A DNA stretch of 64,000 nt, taken from contig JBGATO010000012.1 in the NCBI GenBank assembly GCA_044229145.1, positions 1 to 64,000 on the forward strand. The letters are read 5' to 3'. The notes beneath the pieces were generated by a model. The model was not told the DNA's origin. It saw nothing but the letters and a program-made list of their open reading frames with translations, and did no database searches. Each line of letters starts with the position of its first letter. The stretch's first letter is position 1. Below, in pieces: positions 50,781 through 61,208 of this stretch. Source of the stretch: Candidatus Eiseniibacteriota bacterium (GTDB taxonomy: Bacteria > Eisenbacteria > RBG-16-71-46 > CAZEPH01). The position numbers and the translations under genes were made by a program.

Positions 50781-51998
50781 CTAGGCGACAGCGCCTCCGA
50801 GGCGCAGGTCGGCGATCGCCTGCGGCGACAGACCGAGGACGTCCGCCAGAATCGCATCGGTGTGCTCGCCGAGCCGTGGCGGTGGCTGTCGCACGGCGCC
50901 CGGGGTGTCGCCCAGGTGCACCGGCATGCCCGGCAAGCGGAGCGTTCCGGCCGTCGCGTGGTCGACGCTCACCACCATCTCGCGCGCGACGACCTGTGCG
51001 TCGGCGAGGGCTTCGGGAACCGTCTGCACGCGCCCCGCGGGAATGCCCGCCGCGCGCAGGCGTTGGAGCCATTCGCCCGCGTCGCGGGTTCCCATGTGCG
51101 CCGCGATGCGCGGCGTGAGGCTGTCCCGCTGGGCGATACGGCCGGCGTTGGTGGCCAGCGAAGCATCGGCGGCCAATTCAGGCGCCTCGATGACCTCGCA
51201 GAACTTTCGCCACATCGCGTCGGTGCCGACGCCGACGTTGAGCGCGCCGTCCCGCGCTGGGAAACTCTCGTAGGGTGTGATCGTCGGATGGCAGTTGCCG
51301 AGACGCCGCGGTTCGACGCCTGCGTTGAGCCACGCAGACGCATGGTAGGACAACAAGCTGATCTGCCCGTCGAGCAGCGCGATGTCGACCAACTGCCCAC
51401 GTCCCGTGCGCTGGCGCGCGAGCAGCGCCAGCAGGATGCCCTGCACCGCGAGCATTCCGGCGATCAAGTCCGCCTGACTCGTTCCCACCTTGGTTGGCGC
51501 GCCGTCGGGGAAGCCGGTGATCGACATCAATCCGCCTTCGCCCTGTGCGATGAGGTCGAAGCCGGGTTCGGCGGCGCGCGGGCCGGTTTGGCCGTAGCCG
51601 CTGATCGAGCAGTAGACGACGCGCGGGTAGCGTTCGCGCACCACGTCCCAGCCAAAGCCCAACTTGGCGAGAGTTCCGGGACGGAAGTTCTCGACCACGA
51701 CGTCGGCGCGCTCCAGGATGCCGTGGAGCACGTCGCGCCCGCCGTCGGTGCGCAGGTCGACGACGATGCTCTCCTTGTTGCGATTCGCGCTGAGGAAGTA
51801 GGTCGATTCGCCGCCGACGAAAGGCGGCCCCCAGCGGCGCGTCTCATCGCCGCCGGGCGGCTCGATCTTGAGCACGCGAGCCCCCATATCGGCGAGCTGC
51901 ATGGTGCAGGAGGGACCGGCGAGGATGCGGGAGAGATCGGCGATGACGAGGCCGTCGAGCGGGCCCGCCGGCACGGGCCCGGCCGCCGGTGAGGTCAT
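50781..51998 (-). CDS. CaiB/BaiF class III CoA transferase
   Basis: DLSRILAGP, LADMGA, NRNKES, ENFRPG, GFD, PPRLGEHT. Confidence 0.94.
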   Translation of the reverse strand: MTSPAAGPVPAGPLDGLVIADLSRILAGPSCTMQLADMGARVLKIEPPGGDETRRWGPPFVGGESTYFLSANRNKESIVVDLRTDGGRDVLHGILERADVVVENFRPGTLAKLGFGWDVVRERYPRVVYCSISGYGQTGPRAAEPGFDLIAQGEGGLMSITGFPDGAPTKVGTSQADLIAGMLAVQGILLALLARQRTGRGQLVDIALLDGQISLLSYHASAWLNAGVEPRRLGNCHPTITPYESFPARDGALNVGVGTDAMWRKFCEVIEAPELAADASLATNAGRIAQRDSLTPRIAAHMGTRDAGEWLQRLRAAGIPAGRVQTVPEALADAQVVAREMVVSVDHATAGTLRLPGMPVHLGDTPGAVRQPPPRLGEHTDAILADVLGLSPQAIADLRLGGAVA

Positions 51999-52594
51999 GA
52001 ACCGCTCCGTGTGGTGAAGGTCACGCTCGGCGGCGTGATGCGCGACAACACACACAGCGGGTACGCGGTGACCGAGTACAGGTGGCCGCCGACCAAGGTG
52101 ACGCCGTCTTGGCCGTCCTGCGTCCAGATCTCCTCGTACACCACGCTATCGCCATCGGCGATGCCGCCGTCCGGATCGAACTGGATGCCGCCCACCGGCG
52201 GAAACACCCTGCCGGTGGAGTAGCGCCACACCTGCTGGTGCGCCGTCGAATCGCGCACGATGAAGTCGTAGCGCTGCGTCGTGGTGAAGCCGCAGCCCAG
52301 GCTGGTGTGCACACCGCTGTTGTTGTGAATCGCCATCGCGAAACTCAGCGTGTCGCCGGCGTCGTACGTCGCCCGGTCGAGTTGCAGCGACACCGAGAAA
52401 CTCGAGGCCTGCGACTCGGCTCGCTGTGCATCGAGCGTGATGTACGAGGTCGGCTGCGGGTTCGTGGTTGCGTCGTTGCACGCGGCGAAGCCGAGCGCGA
52501 GTGCCAGGGCGGCCGCGCCGAGCGCCGCGCCCCGTGCAACGCGGTGGAGCGGGGAGAGCGGGGGATCCACGCGACGGGTCGTCTGCGCGTTCAA
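51995..52594 (-). CDS. Lipoprotein with BsuPI (proteinase inhibitor)-like domain (start 52594 TTG or 52570 GTG)
   Basis: Lipobox FAAC; F...QRYDFIVRD....VWRYS.G..F pattern. Confidence 0.7.
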   Translation of the reverse strand: MNAQTTRRVDPPLSPLHRVARGAALGAAALALALGFAACNDATTNPQPTSYITLDAQRAESQASSFSVSLQLDRATYDAGDTLSFAMAIHNNSGVHTSLGCGFTTTQRYDFIVRDSTAHQQVWRYSTGRVFPPVGGIQFDPDGGIADGDSVVYEEIWTQDGQDGVTLVGGHLYSVTAYPLCVLSRITPPSVTFTTRSGS

Positions 52595-54120
52595 TAGATG
52601 TTCGTCTCCCTCTTGGTGCCGGTGTAGTCGATGTAGGCGGTCTTGATCTCGGTGAAGAACTCGATCGCCGTGGTGCCCTGTTCGCGCGGTCCGACGCCGG
52701 TGCCCTTCATGCCGCCGAAGGGCAACTGCGCCTCGCCGCCGACCGTGGGCGAGTTCACGTGGGTGATGCCGGTTTCGATCTTGTCGAGGAACTCGAACAC
52801 GCGCCCCACGTCGTTGGAGTAGACGCTGCTCGAGAGGCCGAACGACACCCCGTTCGCCACCTCGATCGCCTCCTCCACGCTCTTGACCCGGATGACGCTG
52901 AGCACCGGGCCGAAGATTTCCTCCTGCGCCACGCGCATGTCCGGCGTGACGTGATCGAGCACGGTCGGCGCGACGAAGTAGCCGTAGTTCAGCGCGCCGT
53001 CGGTGAGACGCGCGCCGCCGCAGCGCACGGCGGCGCCTTCGGTCGGGCCGATCTCCAGATAGTCGAGCACCGTGTTCATCTGCGATTCGTCGACGCTCGG
53101 ACCCATGTGGACGCCCTGCGCGAGCGGATCGCCGACGACGATGGCGCCGGCACGCTTCACCAGGCGCTCGACGAATTCGTCGGCGATGTTCTCCATCACG
53201 ATCGCGCGGCTGGTCGCCGTGCAGCGCTGGCCGGTGGAGCCGAACGCGCCCTGCGCGGTGCTCTCGACGGCGAGCGCGACGTCCGCGTCGTCGAACACGA
53301 CGATCGGGTTCTTGCCGCCCATCTCGCATTGCACCTTGAGCAGCCGCTTGGCGCCGCGCGCGTAGATCTCGCCGCCGACTTCGTTCGACCCCGTGAAGCT
53401 GACCGCGCGCACCGACGGGTGGTCGACGATCGTCGTGCCGACGGTGCCGCCGCTGCCGTACACGAGATTGAGCACGCCAGGCGGCAAGCCCGCATCGTGG
53501 AAGATGCGCGTGACTTCCTGCGCCGTCCACGGCGTCAAGGTCGCCGGCTTCCACACGACGGTGTTGCCACTGATCAACGCCGGCGCCGCTTTCCACACCG
53601 GAATCGCGACCGGGAAGTTCCACGGCGTGATGAGACCGACCACGCCGAGCGGCTGGCGCACCGTGTAGCAAAACGTCTTCGGCATCTCACTCGGCGGCGT
53701 GGTGCCGCTGAGACGGCGGCCTTCGCCGGCGATGAACTCGAGACAGTTCGCCGCCTTCATGACTTCACCGCGCGATTCGCTGAACGTCTTGCCTTCTTCC
53801 CACGCGAGGATGGTGGCGAGGAAGTCGGTGCGCTCCTTGAGCAGTTCGAGGGCGCGGAACAGGATCGCGCCGCGCTGCGGCGCCGGCAGCGCGCGCCACG
53901 CCGGGAACGCGGCCTTGGCGGCGGCGATGGCCTCCGCGGTTTCCTCGGCGGTGGAGAGCGGTACGTCGCCGAGGCGCACGCGGGTGTCGGCCGGCGAGAT
54001 GTTCGGCGTCGAACGGCCCGAACCCGAAGCGCGCCACTGGCCGCCGATGAAATTCTGGTAGGACGTCGGGGGCGTCGGGCGTCCCGCGACGTCGGCGGGC
54101 GCGGTGCTGGTCATGGTCAT
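52591..54120 (-). CDS. Aldehyde dehydrogenase (2-oxoglutarate semialdehyde dehydrogenase-like)
   Basis: ITPWNFP, FTGS, EMGGKNP, GQRCTA, EEIFGP, PFGG. Confidence 0.94.
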   Translation of the reverse strand: MTMTSTAPADVAGRPTPPTSYQNFIGGQWRASGSGRSTPNISPADTRVRLGDVPLSTAEETAEAIAAAKAAFPAWRALPAPQRGAILFRALELLKERTDFLATILAWEEGKTFSESRGEVMKAANCLEFIAGEGRRLSGTTPPSEMPKTFCYTVRQPLGVVGLITPWNFPVAIPVWKAAPALISGNTVVWKPATLTPWTAQEVTRIFHDAGLPPGVLNLVYGSGGTVGTTIVDHPSVRAVSFTGSNEVGGEIYARGAKRLLKVQCEMGGKNPIVVFDDADVALAVESTAQGAFGSTGQRCTATSRAIVMENIADEFVERLVKRAGAIVVGDPLAQGVHMGPSVDESQMNTVLDYLEIGPTEGAAVRCGGARLTDGALNYGYFVAPTVLDHVTPDMRVAQEEIFGPVLSVIRVKSVEEAIEVANGVSFGLSSSVYSNDVGRVFEFLDKIETGITHVNSPTVGGEAQLPFGGMKGTGVGPREQGTTAIEFFTEIKTAYIDYTGTKRETNIY

Positions 54121-54201
54121 CGTGCAACTCCTGAAGGACGGCGGCGCGCCGACCGAGCGATCGGGCCGGCGCGCCGCGCGAGAGAAACGACGATCGTCCG
54201 C

Positions 54202-55551
54202 TTACACCTGAATGGCGGCGAGCGACGCGTCGAGAATGCCCACCGCGGTATCGACATCCGCCTTGCCCGCGATCATCGGCGGCGAGATGCGCACCACGTT
54301 GTTGAACATGCCGCCCTTGCCGATCAGCAATCCGCGCTCGCGGGTCTGCTCGAAGAAGCGGTTGAGGGTGTCGGTGGCCGGCTCCTTGGTCTGGCGATCC
54401 TTCACGAACTCGAGCGCCTGCATGAGGCCCATGCCGCGCACTTCGCCGATCACCGGATACTTCGCCGCCAGCTCGTCGAGCTTGCCGCGGAAGTACGCGC
54501 CGACCTCGGCCACCCGCTGGACGAAGTTCTCGCCCTCGATGACGTCGAGCGTCGCGTGCGCTGCGGCCATCGTCACCGGGTTGCCGCCGAAGGTCGAGAT
54601 GGTCATGCCCTTGGCGCTGTCCGCGACGTCGGCGCGCGCCACCGTGAGCCCGATCGGCGCGCCGTTGGCGAGGCCCTTGGCGAAGGTCATGATGTCCGGC
54701 TGCACGCCCCAGTGGCTGATGCCGAACATGTGTGTGCCGGTGCGCGCCCAGCCCGTCTGCACTTCGTCGTCGATCACCAAACCGCCGTACTTGCGGGCGA
54801 TCTCGGTGAGGATCGGGAAGTACTCCTTCGGCGGCGTGACGAAGCCGCCGACGCCTTGGATCGGCTCGAACAACAGCGCGGCGATTTCGCCCTGCGTCTC
54901 GGTCTGGATCTTCGCCTCGAGGTCCTTGGCGCAGCGCACCTCGCACGACGGGTACGACAGGCCGAACGGACAGCGGTAGCAGTACGCGTTGACGGTGTGC
55001 TTCACCCACGGAATCGACGACGAGCCGCCACGCCACGGCGACTGCGCTGTGAGCGCGCGGCTGAGCACCGAGCGGCCGCTGTAACCGTGGCGCAGCGCGA
55101 TGATTTCCTGCCGTCCGGTGTGCTGCTGCGCCAGATGCACGGCGGTTTCGTCCGCCTCGGTGCCCGAGTTGGTGAAGTACATCTTCGGCTTGCGGCCGTC
55201 GGGGTGCGCGATCGGCACCATGCTGCTGATGCGCTCCGCGAGCGCCACCATCGGTTCACTCGGATACAGCGTCGAGTTGTGCGACATCTTGCCGGCCTGC
55301 TCGCGCACCGCTTCGACGACGTGCGGGTGCGCGTGGCCGACGCTGACCGTGAGGATGCCGCCGAAGAAGTCGAGGTACTCGCGGCCGTCCATGTCGTAGG
55401 CGTGCATGCCGTCGCCGTGGTCGAGCGCCACCGGCTGCGCGTAGTAGTTCGCGACGTTGGGGAAGAGGAACTCCTTGTGCTTGGCAAGGACCTCGTCGCG
55501 GGTGAGCTTGGTGCGCGTCGCGCCGGGCGCCGACGGGTTGGGTGGGGTCAT
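54202..55551 (-). CDS. Class III aminotransferase (AGXT2/beta-alanine/GABA-type)
   Basis: YLDFFGG, NSGTEA, EPIQG, DEVQTG, AKG, TFGGNP. Confidence 0.94.
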   Translation of the reverse strand: MTPPNPSAPGATRTKLTRDEVLAKHKEFLFPNVANYYAQPVALDHGDGMHAYDMDGREYLDFFGGILTVSVGHAHPHVVEAVREQAGKMSHNSTLYPSEPMVALAERISSMVPIAHPDGRKPKMYFTNSGTEADETAVHLAQQHTGRQEIIALRHGYSGRSVLSRALTAQSPWRGGSSSIPWVKHTVNAYCYRCPFGLSYPSCEVRCAKDLEAKIQTETQGEIAALLFEPIQGVGGFVTPPKEYFPILTEIARKYGGLVIDDEVQTGWARTGTHMFGISHWGVQPDIMTFAKGLANGAPIGLTVARADVADSAKGMTISTFGGNPVTMAAAHATLDVIEGENFVQRVAEVGAYFRGKLDELAAKYPVIGEVRGMGLMQALEFVKDRQTKEPATDTLNRFFEQTRERGLLIGKGGMFNNVVRISPPMIAGKADVDTAVGILDASLAAIQV

Positions 55552-55604
55552 GACGTCTCCTTCACGAGATGGGCGCGGGGGACACACGCGCCGGATATCT
55601 CGGG

Positions 55605-55632
55605 AGTATACGCCTCGGGCGGGGCGGCGCAA
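55605..55632 (-). promoter_or_regulatory. Candidate sigma-70 promoter of the aminotransferase operon
   Basis: Minus strand TTGCGC-N16-TATACT. Confidence 0.45.
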
Positions 55633-55773
55633 CCGGTGCGGTGCCGGTGCGCGGCTCCGGCGCAACGCAACGGCCGCGACGGATGAAGATCGCGTCGCGG
55701 CCGTGTCTCGAACGCGCGGTGGCCAGTGCCGGGGATCAGCCTCACCGGCGCGCCGTGCGTGAGGTCGTGGGCG

Positions 55774-57105
55774 CTACATCGTGAGGTACTTGCGTCCTGC
55801 GGCCTGCGCGCGCAGTTCGCCCCGGAAGTCGGGGTGCGCGATCTCGATGAGCGCCTCGGCGCGCTGGCGGATGTTGCGCCCCCACAGGTCGGCCACGCCG
55901 TACTCGGTGACCACGAAGTGCACGTCGCCGCGGCTCGTCACGATGCCGGCGCCTTCCTCGTGCATGACGCAGATCCGCGAGACGGTTCCGCCCTTCGCGG
56001 TGGCGGGCAGCGCGATGATCGGCTTGCCGCCCTTGCTGCGCGCCGAGCCGCGGATGAAGTCCACCTGGCCGCCGATGCCGGAGAAGAAGCGGCCCTTCAG
56101 CGTGTCGGCCGCGACCTGACCGGTGAGGTCGACCGCGAGCGCCGAGTTGATCGCCACCATGTTGTCGTGCCGGGCGATCTGGAACGGGTCGTTGGTGAAG
56201 TCGCTCGGGCGCATCTCGACGGCCGGGTTGTCGTGGATCCACGCGTACAGCGCGTGGCTGCCGATCACGAACGAGCTGACGATCTTGCCGCGGCGCAGCG
56301 TCTTGCGCGAGCCGTTGATGACGCCGAGTTCGGTGAGCTCCATCACGCGGTCGCTGAACATCTCGGTGTGCACGCCGAGATCGTTCTTGTCGCGCAGCGC
56401 CGCGAGCACGGCGTCCGGGATCGAGCCGATGCCGGTCTGGATCGTCGCGCCGTCGGGCACCAGCGAGGCGACGTTGCGGCCGATGGCGAGCGTCGCCTCG
56501 TCGGCGGGTTCGACACCGAGTTCGGGGAGCGGATAGTCGACCGCGACCATCTGCGCGATGCGGCTGACGTGCAGGAACGAGTCGCCCGGGGTGCGCGGCA
56601 CCTGCGGGTTGACCTCGGCGAGCACCAGCGAGGCGGTCTCGACGGCGGCGCGCACGATGTCCACCGACACGCCGAGGCTCACGTAACCATGACGGTCGGG
56701 CGGCGACACCTGGATGATCGCCACGTCGATCGGCACCCGCTTCATGGTGATGAGCGACGGGATCTCGCTGAGGAACACCGGCATGAAGTCGGCACGGCCT
56801 TCGCCCACCGCTTCGCGCACGTTGCGGCCGATGAAGAACGCGGTGTGGCGGAAACGCTTCTCGAGGCCCGGGTTGACGTACGGCGCCGGCCCGAGGGTCA
56901 GCAGGTGCACGATTTCGTTGCCCGCGAGGTGGGTGCCGTGCTCGACCAGCGCCTCGACGAGGCGGCTGGGTTCGGCGGCGCCTGAGCCCACCAGGATGCG
57001 CTGTCCCGGACGGATGGCGCGGATCGCGCTCTCCAGCGTGCCGACGCGGTCAGGGTAGCGGGCTTGCCATTCGGCGGTGGTGGTCGGGTGATCCAGCGCG
57101 GTCAT
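55774..57105 (-). CDS. Acetyl-CoA hydrolase / 4-hydroxybutyrate CoA-transferase family
   Basis: SPPDRHG, QTGIGSIP, GVHTEM, GIGGQVDF.RG, VTEYG. Confidence 0.93.
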   Translation of the reverse strand: MTALDHPTTTAEWQARYPDRVGTLESAIRAIRPGQRILVGSGAAEPSRLVEALVEHGTHLAGNEIVHLLTLGPAPYVNPGLEKRFRHTAFFIGRNVREAVGEGRADFMPVFLSEIPSLITMKRVPIDVAIIQVSPPDRHGYVSLGVSVDIVRAAVETASLVLAEVNPQVPRTPGDSFLHVSRIAQMVAVDYPLPELGVEPADEATLAIGRNVASLVPDGATIQTGIGSIPDAVLAALRDKNDLGVHTEMFSDRVMELTELGVINGSRKTLRRGKIVSSFVIGSHALYAWIHDNPAVEMRPSDFTNDPFQIARHDNMVAINSALAVDLTGQVAADTLKGRFFSGIGGQVDFIRGSARSKGGKPIIALPATAKGGTVSRICVMHEEGAGIVTSRGDVHFVVTEYGVADLWGRNIRQRAEALIEIAHPDFRGELRAQAAGRKYLTM

Positions 57106-57356
57106 CACGGTCGTCTCTCCTCTAATGCTGACGGGCCCCGGCGGCCCGTGTACGCTCGCGGCGCCGTGGGGCGGCCGCGCGCGGTCGATATCGTCTCTCC
57201 TTAAGATCAGCCCAACTCGACGGAAGGGCGATGCGACAGTGGTAGCACGCGGCACGGAACCGGAGGGCGACACCGCCCGCCCCGGACGTCGCCCCGCGCG
57301 ACCGCCCGCGCCGGTGCGCCGCCACCCGCGCGACCGCCGTTTGCCCGGGAGAACGC

Positions 57357-59454
57357 ATGTCCAGCTCTGCCCGCCGTCCGAATCGCCTGCTCCACGAGAA
57401 GAGTCCGTACCTGCTCCAGCACGCCTACAACCCGGTGGATTGGTACCCCTGGGGCGACGAGGCGTTCGCCGCCGCGCGCGCCGCCGAGAAGCCCATCTTC
57501 CTGTCGATCGGCTATTCGACCTGCTACTGGTGCCACGTCATGGAGCAGGAGTCGTTCGAGAATCCGACCGTGGCGGCGGCGATCAACGCGTCCTTCGTCC
57601 CGGTGAAGGTCGATCGCGAAGAGCGCCCGGACATCGATGCCGTGTACATGGCCGGCGTCCAGGCGATGACCGGGCAGGGCGGCTGGCCGATGAGCGTGTT
57701 CCTGACGCCGGACGGCAAACCGTTCTGGGGCGGCACCTATTTCCCGCCCGAGGATCGCGCCGGGCGCGTCGGACTGATGACGATCCTGCGCTCGCTGGCG
57801 GACGCGTGGGCGACGCGGCGTGCCGACGTGCTCCAATCCAGCGATGCATTGAGCGAGGCGATCCGCGCGCAGGTGACGCCGGCGTCGCCGGGCGGCGCCG
57901 CGCCCCTCGGCGACGACGTGGTGCGCGAGGCGGTGGCGTCGCTGCACCGGGCATTCGACGCGACGCATGGCGGCTTTGGCTCCGCACCGAAGTTCCCGCG
58001 GCCGCACACGCTCGGCCTGCTGCTGCGCTGGTGGGAGCGCACGCGCGACGGCGACACGCTGCACGCGGTCACCCACACGCTGACGCAGATGGCGCGCGGC
58101 GGTCTCCACGATCAGATCGGCGGCGGCTTCCATCGCTACTCGACCGATCGCCACTGGCTGGTGCCGCACTTCGAGAAGATGTTGTACGACCAAGCGCTGC
58201 TGGCGCGCGTGTACTGCGAGGCGTGGCAGGTCACCGGTGACGCACTCTTCGCCGACACCGCGCGGGGCATCTGCGACTACCTGTTGCGCGACATGCGCGA
58301 CCCCGGAGGCGCATTCCACGCGGCCGAAGACGCCGGCGAGCCGGGCCGGGAGGGCGAATTCTACGTCTGGACTCCGGCGCAAATCGATGCGCTCCTCACG
58401 CCGGCCGACGCCGACGCCGTGAAGCGGATGTACGACGTCGCCCCGCGCGGCAACTTCGAACACGGCCTGTCGATCCTGCACGCGACCACCAGCGTCGAGG
58501 CGCTCGCGGCGGTTCTCGGCCGCGCCCCGGACGAACTCGCCGCCGCGTTGGCCGCGGCGCGTGAGACGTTGCGGCGCGCTCGCGCGCAGCGCACGCCGCC
58601 GCACCGCGACGACAAGGTCCTCACCGACTGGAACGGCCTGGCGATTGGTGCACTGGCGTACGCCGGTCGCGCGCTCGGTGAGCCGCGCTACGTGGCGGCG
58701 GCGCGCGACGCCGCGACCTTCGTGCTCGCGCAGTGTCAGCGTGACGGCGTCCTGCTGCACCGCTGGCGCGACGGCGAGGCCGCGATTCCCGGATTTCTCG
58801 ACGACTACGCGTGCCTTGCCGGCGGCCTGCTCGACCTCTTCGAAGCGTGCGGCGAGACGCGCTGGCTGAGCGAGTCGGTGCGCCTGGCGCGTGAGGCGAT
58901 CGCCCGATTCGAGGACGCCGAGCGCGGTGGCTTCTTCGCCAGCGGCGCGCACAACGACACACTCCTGGCGCGCGCCAAGGAGTTGTACGACGGCGCGTTG
59001 CCGAGCGGCAATTCGCTCATCGCGACGCTGTGCGCGCGGCTCGCCCTGGTGAGCGAGGATCGCGTGTTCGGCGAGGCCGCACGGCGCAGTTTCGCCGCGT
59101 TCGCGGCTCAGGCGCGGGAGACGCCGTCGGCGTTTCCACAGTTCCTGGCCGCCTTCGACCTCCTGCTGGGGCCGGCGCGGGAGATCGTGGTGGCCGGTTC
59201 GCCGGGCGATTCCGCCACACTGGCGCTTCTGCGCGAGGTTCACCGGCGTTTCCTGCCGCGTGCGGTCGTGGTCCCCGCGGGCGACGATGTGGAGACGCTG
59301 GCGGCCATTGGCGCCGTTCGCCGCCGCGCAGCCGCGCCGCGACGGCCGAGCCACCGCGTACGTGTGCGAAGGCCAGGCGTGCCGGCTCCCGGTCACCGAG
59401 CCCGCGGAGCTGGCCGCGCAACTCGACGCGCCGCCGGGGACTCTGATACCGTGA
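57357..59454 (+). CDS. YyaL/SSP411 thioredoxin-domain protein, frameshifted near 59306 in this sequence
   Basis: [29 protein letters not shown]; conserved end [14 protein letters not shown] is in another frame ending 59454. Confidence 0.9.
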
Positions 59455-59521
59455 TCTGATGCTCGTCCTGCCGCCGGGCCACGACCGGCGCGCCCTCCGT
59501 CCGCGAAAGGTTCGTCACCGC

Positions 59522-61057
59522 ATGCGTTTCCGCACGATTGCCGCCGTCCTCGGCGGCCTCGCGTTCGCCCTGGCCCCGCTGGGGGCGGGCGCGGCCTCTC
59601 TGCCGGCGGCCAAGCCGGCGCCGCAGCAGCCCTATCACGCCGCCGTCGACTCGATGCGCGCGCTCTGGCGCGGCGGCGATATCCGGGGCAGCCTGCTCAT
59701 TGCAAAGCGCTTGCGCACGCAGTACCCGAAGGACCCCGACATCCTGTTCGCGTATGCGCAGCGCTCGATCGCCGCTGGTGAATCCACGCTGGTACGGGAT
59801 GAGTTCGCGGCGATGGAGCGGCTCGAACCGACAGCGCTCTCCGCCTATCTGAGCGGTTTGGTGGCGCCGGTGGACTCGGCGCGCGTCGCCCAGTTCCGCG
59901 TCGCCGTGCAGCGGGACGCCGGCTTCGCCCAGGCACACCTGGCGCTGGCCCAGATGGCGTTGTCGCGCTCGCCGCAGGACACCGTGACGGCGATCATGGA
60001 AACGCGAAAGGCGATCGAGAGCGATCCCTCGCAGTGGTCGTCGTGGCGTACGCTCGGCTATCTGGCACTCGGGCGCGGCGATACGACGACCGCGCGCACT
60101 GCGTTCCGCGCGGTGTGGACGTGCGACTCGCTCACCTTCGCGCCGGACGACCGCATCAATGCACTGATTACCGACGCGCGGGCGCTCGCCGCCAAAGCGC
60201 CGGTCTCGGCCGCGGGGTTGCTCGCCGTGCTGCCCGCGGTGACGCCGGATTGGGCGGACTACAACGCGCTCGGCATCTACGCCGGCGGAGGGCAAGGCAA
60301 GAAGGCGCTGGCGCTCGCCGACGAGAACATCGCGGCCGCCGCCGATGCCAATGCGAAGGTGCAGTTCCTGTACGGCCGCGCGGTGGTGTTCGCCAAGCTC
60401 GGGATGGAGGATTCGGCGTTCGTCGCGCTCAACCGCGCCATCGACGCAGGGCTGCGCGGGCCGGAGCGCCTCGGGCAAGATCCCGTGTTCGGCAATCCGT
60501 GGCGCGCGTACTCGTCGAGCTCGCGCTTTGCCGACGCCGCCGCGCGTCTGAGCGACGCACCGCTCGACACCCGCACGCCGGACGAGAAGCGCCAGCAGGC
60601 CTTGGCGAACCGTCTCGACCAGGACATCCCGCCGCTCGGCTTCACCACGCCGCAGGGGGAGCTGCTGACGCTGTCCTCGCTGCGCGGCAAGGTGGTCGTG
60701 CTCGATTTCTGGGCGACCTGGTGCGGTCCGTGCCGTCGCACCATGCCGCTGCTCAGCCAGTTCACGCGCGCCGCGGACTCCACGAAGGTCGTGGTGCTCT
60801 CCGCCGAGATCTTCGAGCGCGCGGCCGACGCGCACGCCAAGGCGCAGCAGATGTTCCGCGAGAACGACTATGCGATGCGCTTGGTCTACTCGGAGGACGG
60901 CTACGGGGAGCTTCTGGGCTTCAACTCGATTCCGACGCTCATGGTGATCGGCCCGGATGGCAAGCTGCAGTGGCGGCACACCGGGTACTCGCCCGACTTG
61001 CCGGAGGTCCTCAAAGCGCAATCCGACGCCCTGCTGTCGGAGGCGGCAGGCAAGTAG
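59522..61057 (+). CDS. Secreted TPR protein with C-terminal TlpA/ResA thioredoxin domain
   Basis: Signal peptide, helical repeats, LRGKVVVLDFWATWCGPC, IPT. Confidence 0.9.
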   Translation: MRFRTIAAVLGGLAFALAPLGAGAASLPAAKPAPQQPYHAAVDSMRALWRGGDIRGSLLIAKRLRTQYPKDPDILFAYAQRSIAAGESTLVRDEFAAMERLEPTALSAYLSGLVAPVDSARVAQFRVAVQRDAGFAQAHLALAQMALSRSPQDTVTAIMETRKAIESDPSQWSSWRTLGYLALGRGDTTTARTAFRAVWTCDSLTFAPDDRINALITDARALAAKAPVSAAGLLAVLPAVTPDWADYNALGIYAGGGQGKKALALADENIAAAADANAKVQFLYGRAVVFAKLGMEDSAFVALNRAIDAGLRGPERLGQDPVFGNPWRAYSSSSRFADAAARLSDAPLDTRTPDEKRQQALANRLDQDIPPLGFTTPQGELLTLSSLRGKVVVLDFWATWCGPCRRTMPLLSQFTRAADSTKVVVLSAEIFERAADAHAKAQQMFRENDYAMRLVYSEDGYGELLGFNSIPTLMVIGPDGKLQWRHTGYSPDLPEVLKAQSDALLSEAAGK

Positions 61058-61208
61058 CCGGGCACACACCCAACACCGTCTCGGCGGGCCTCCGGCGCGA
61101 TTGCCCGGAGGCCCGCGTGCATGGTACGGTCGCCCGCCTTGGATCGACGATGCTGCCGGTGCCTCCCGCACCGGCCGTCGCCCCACTTGCCCGACGATGG
61201 AGTGCGCC

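Noticed and set aside
52468..55686. 1072-aa plus-strand ORF
   Set aside because: Antisense shadow of ALDH and aminotransferase
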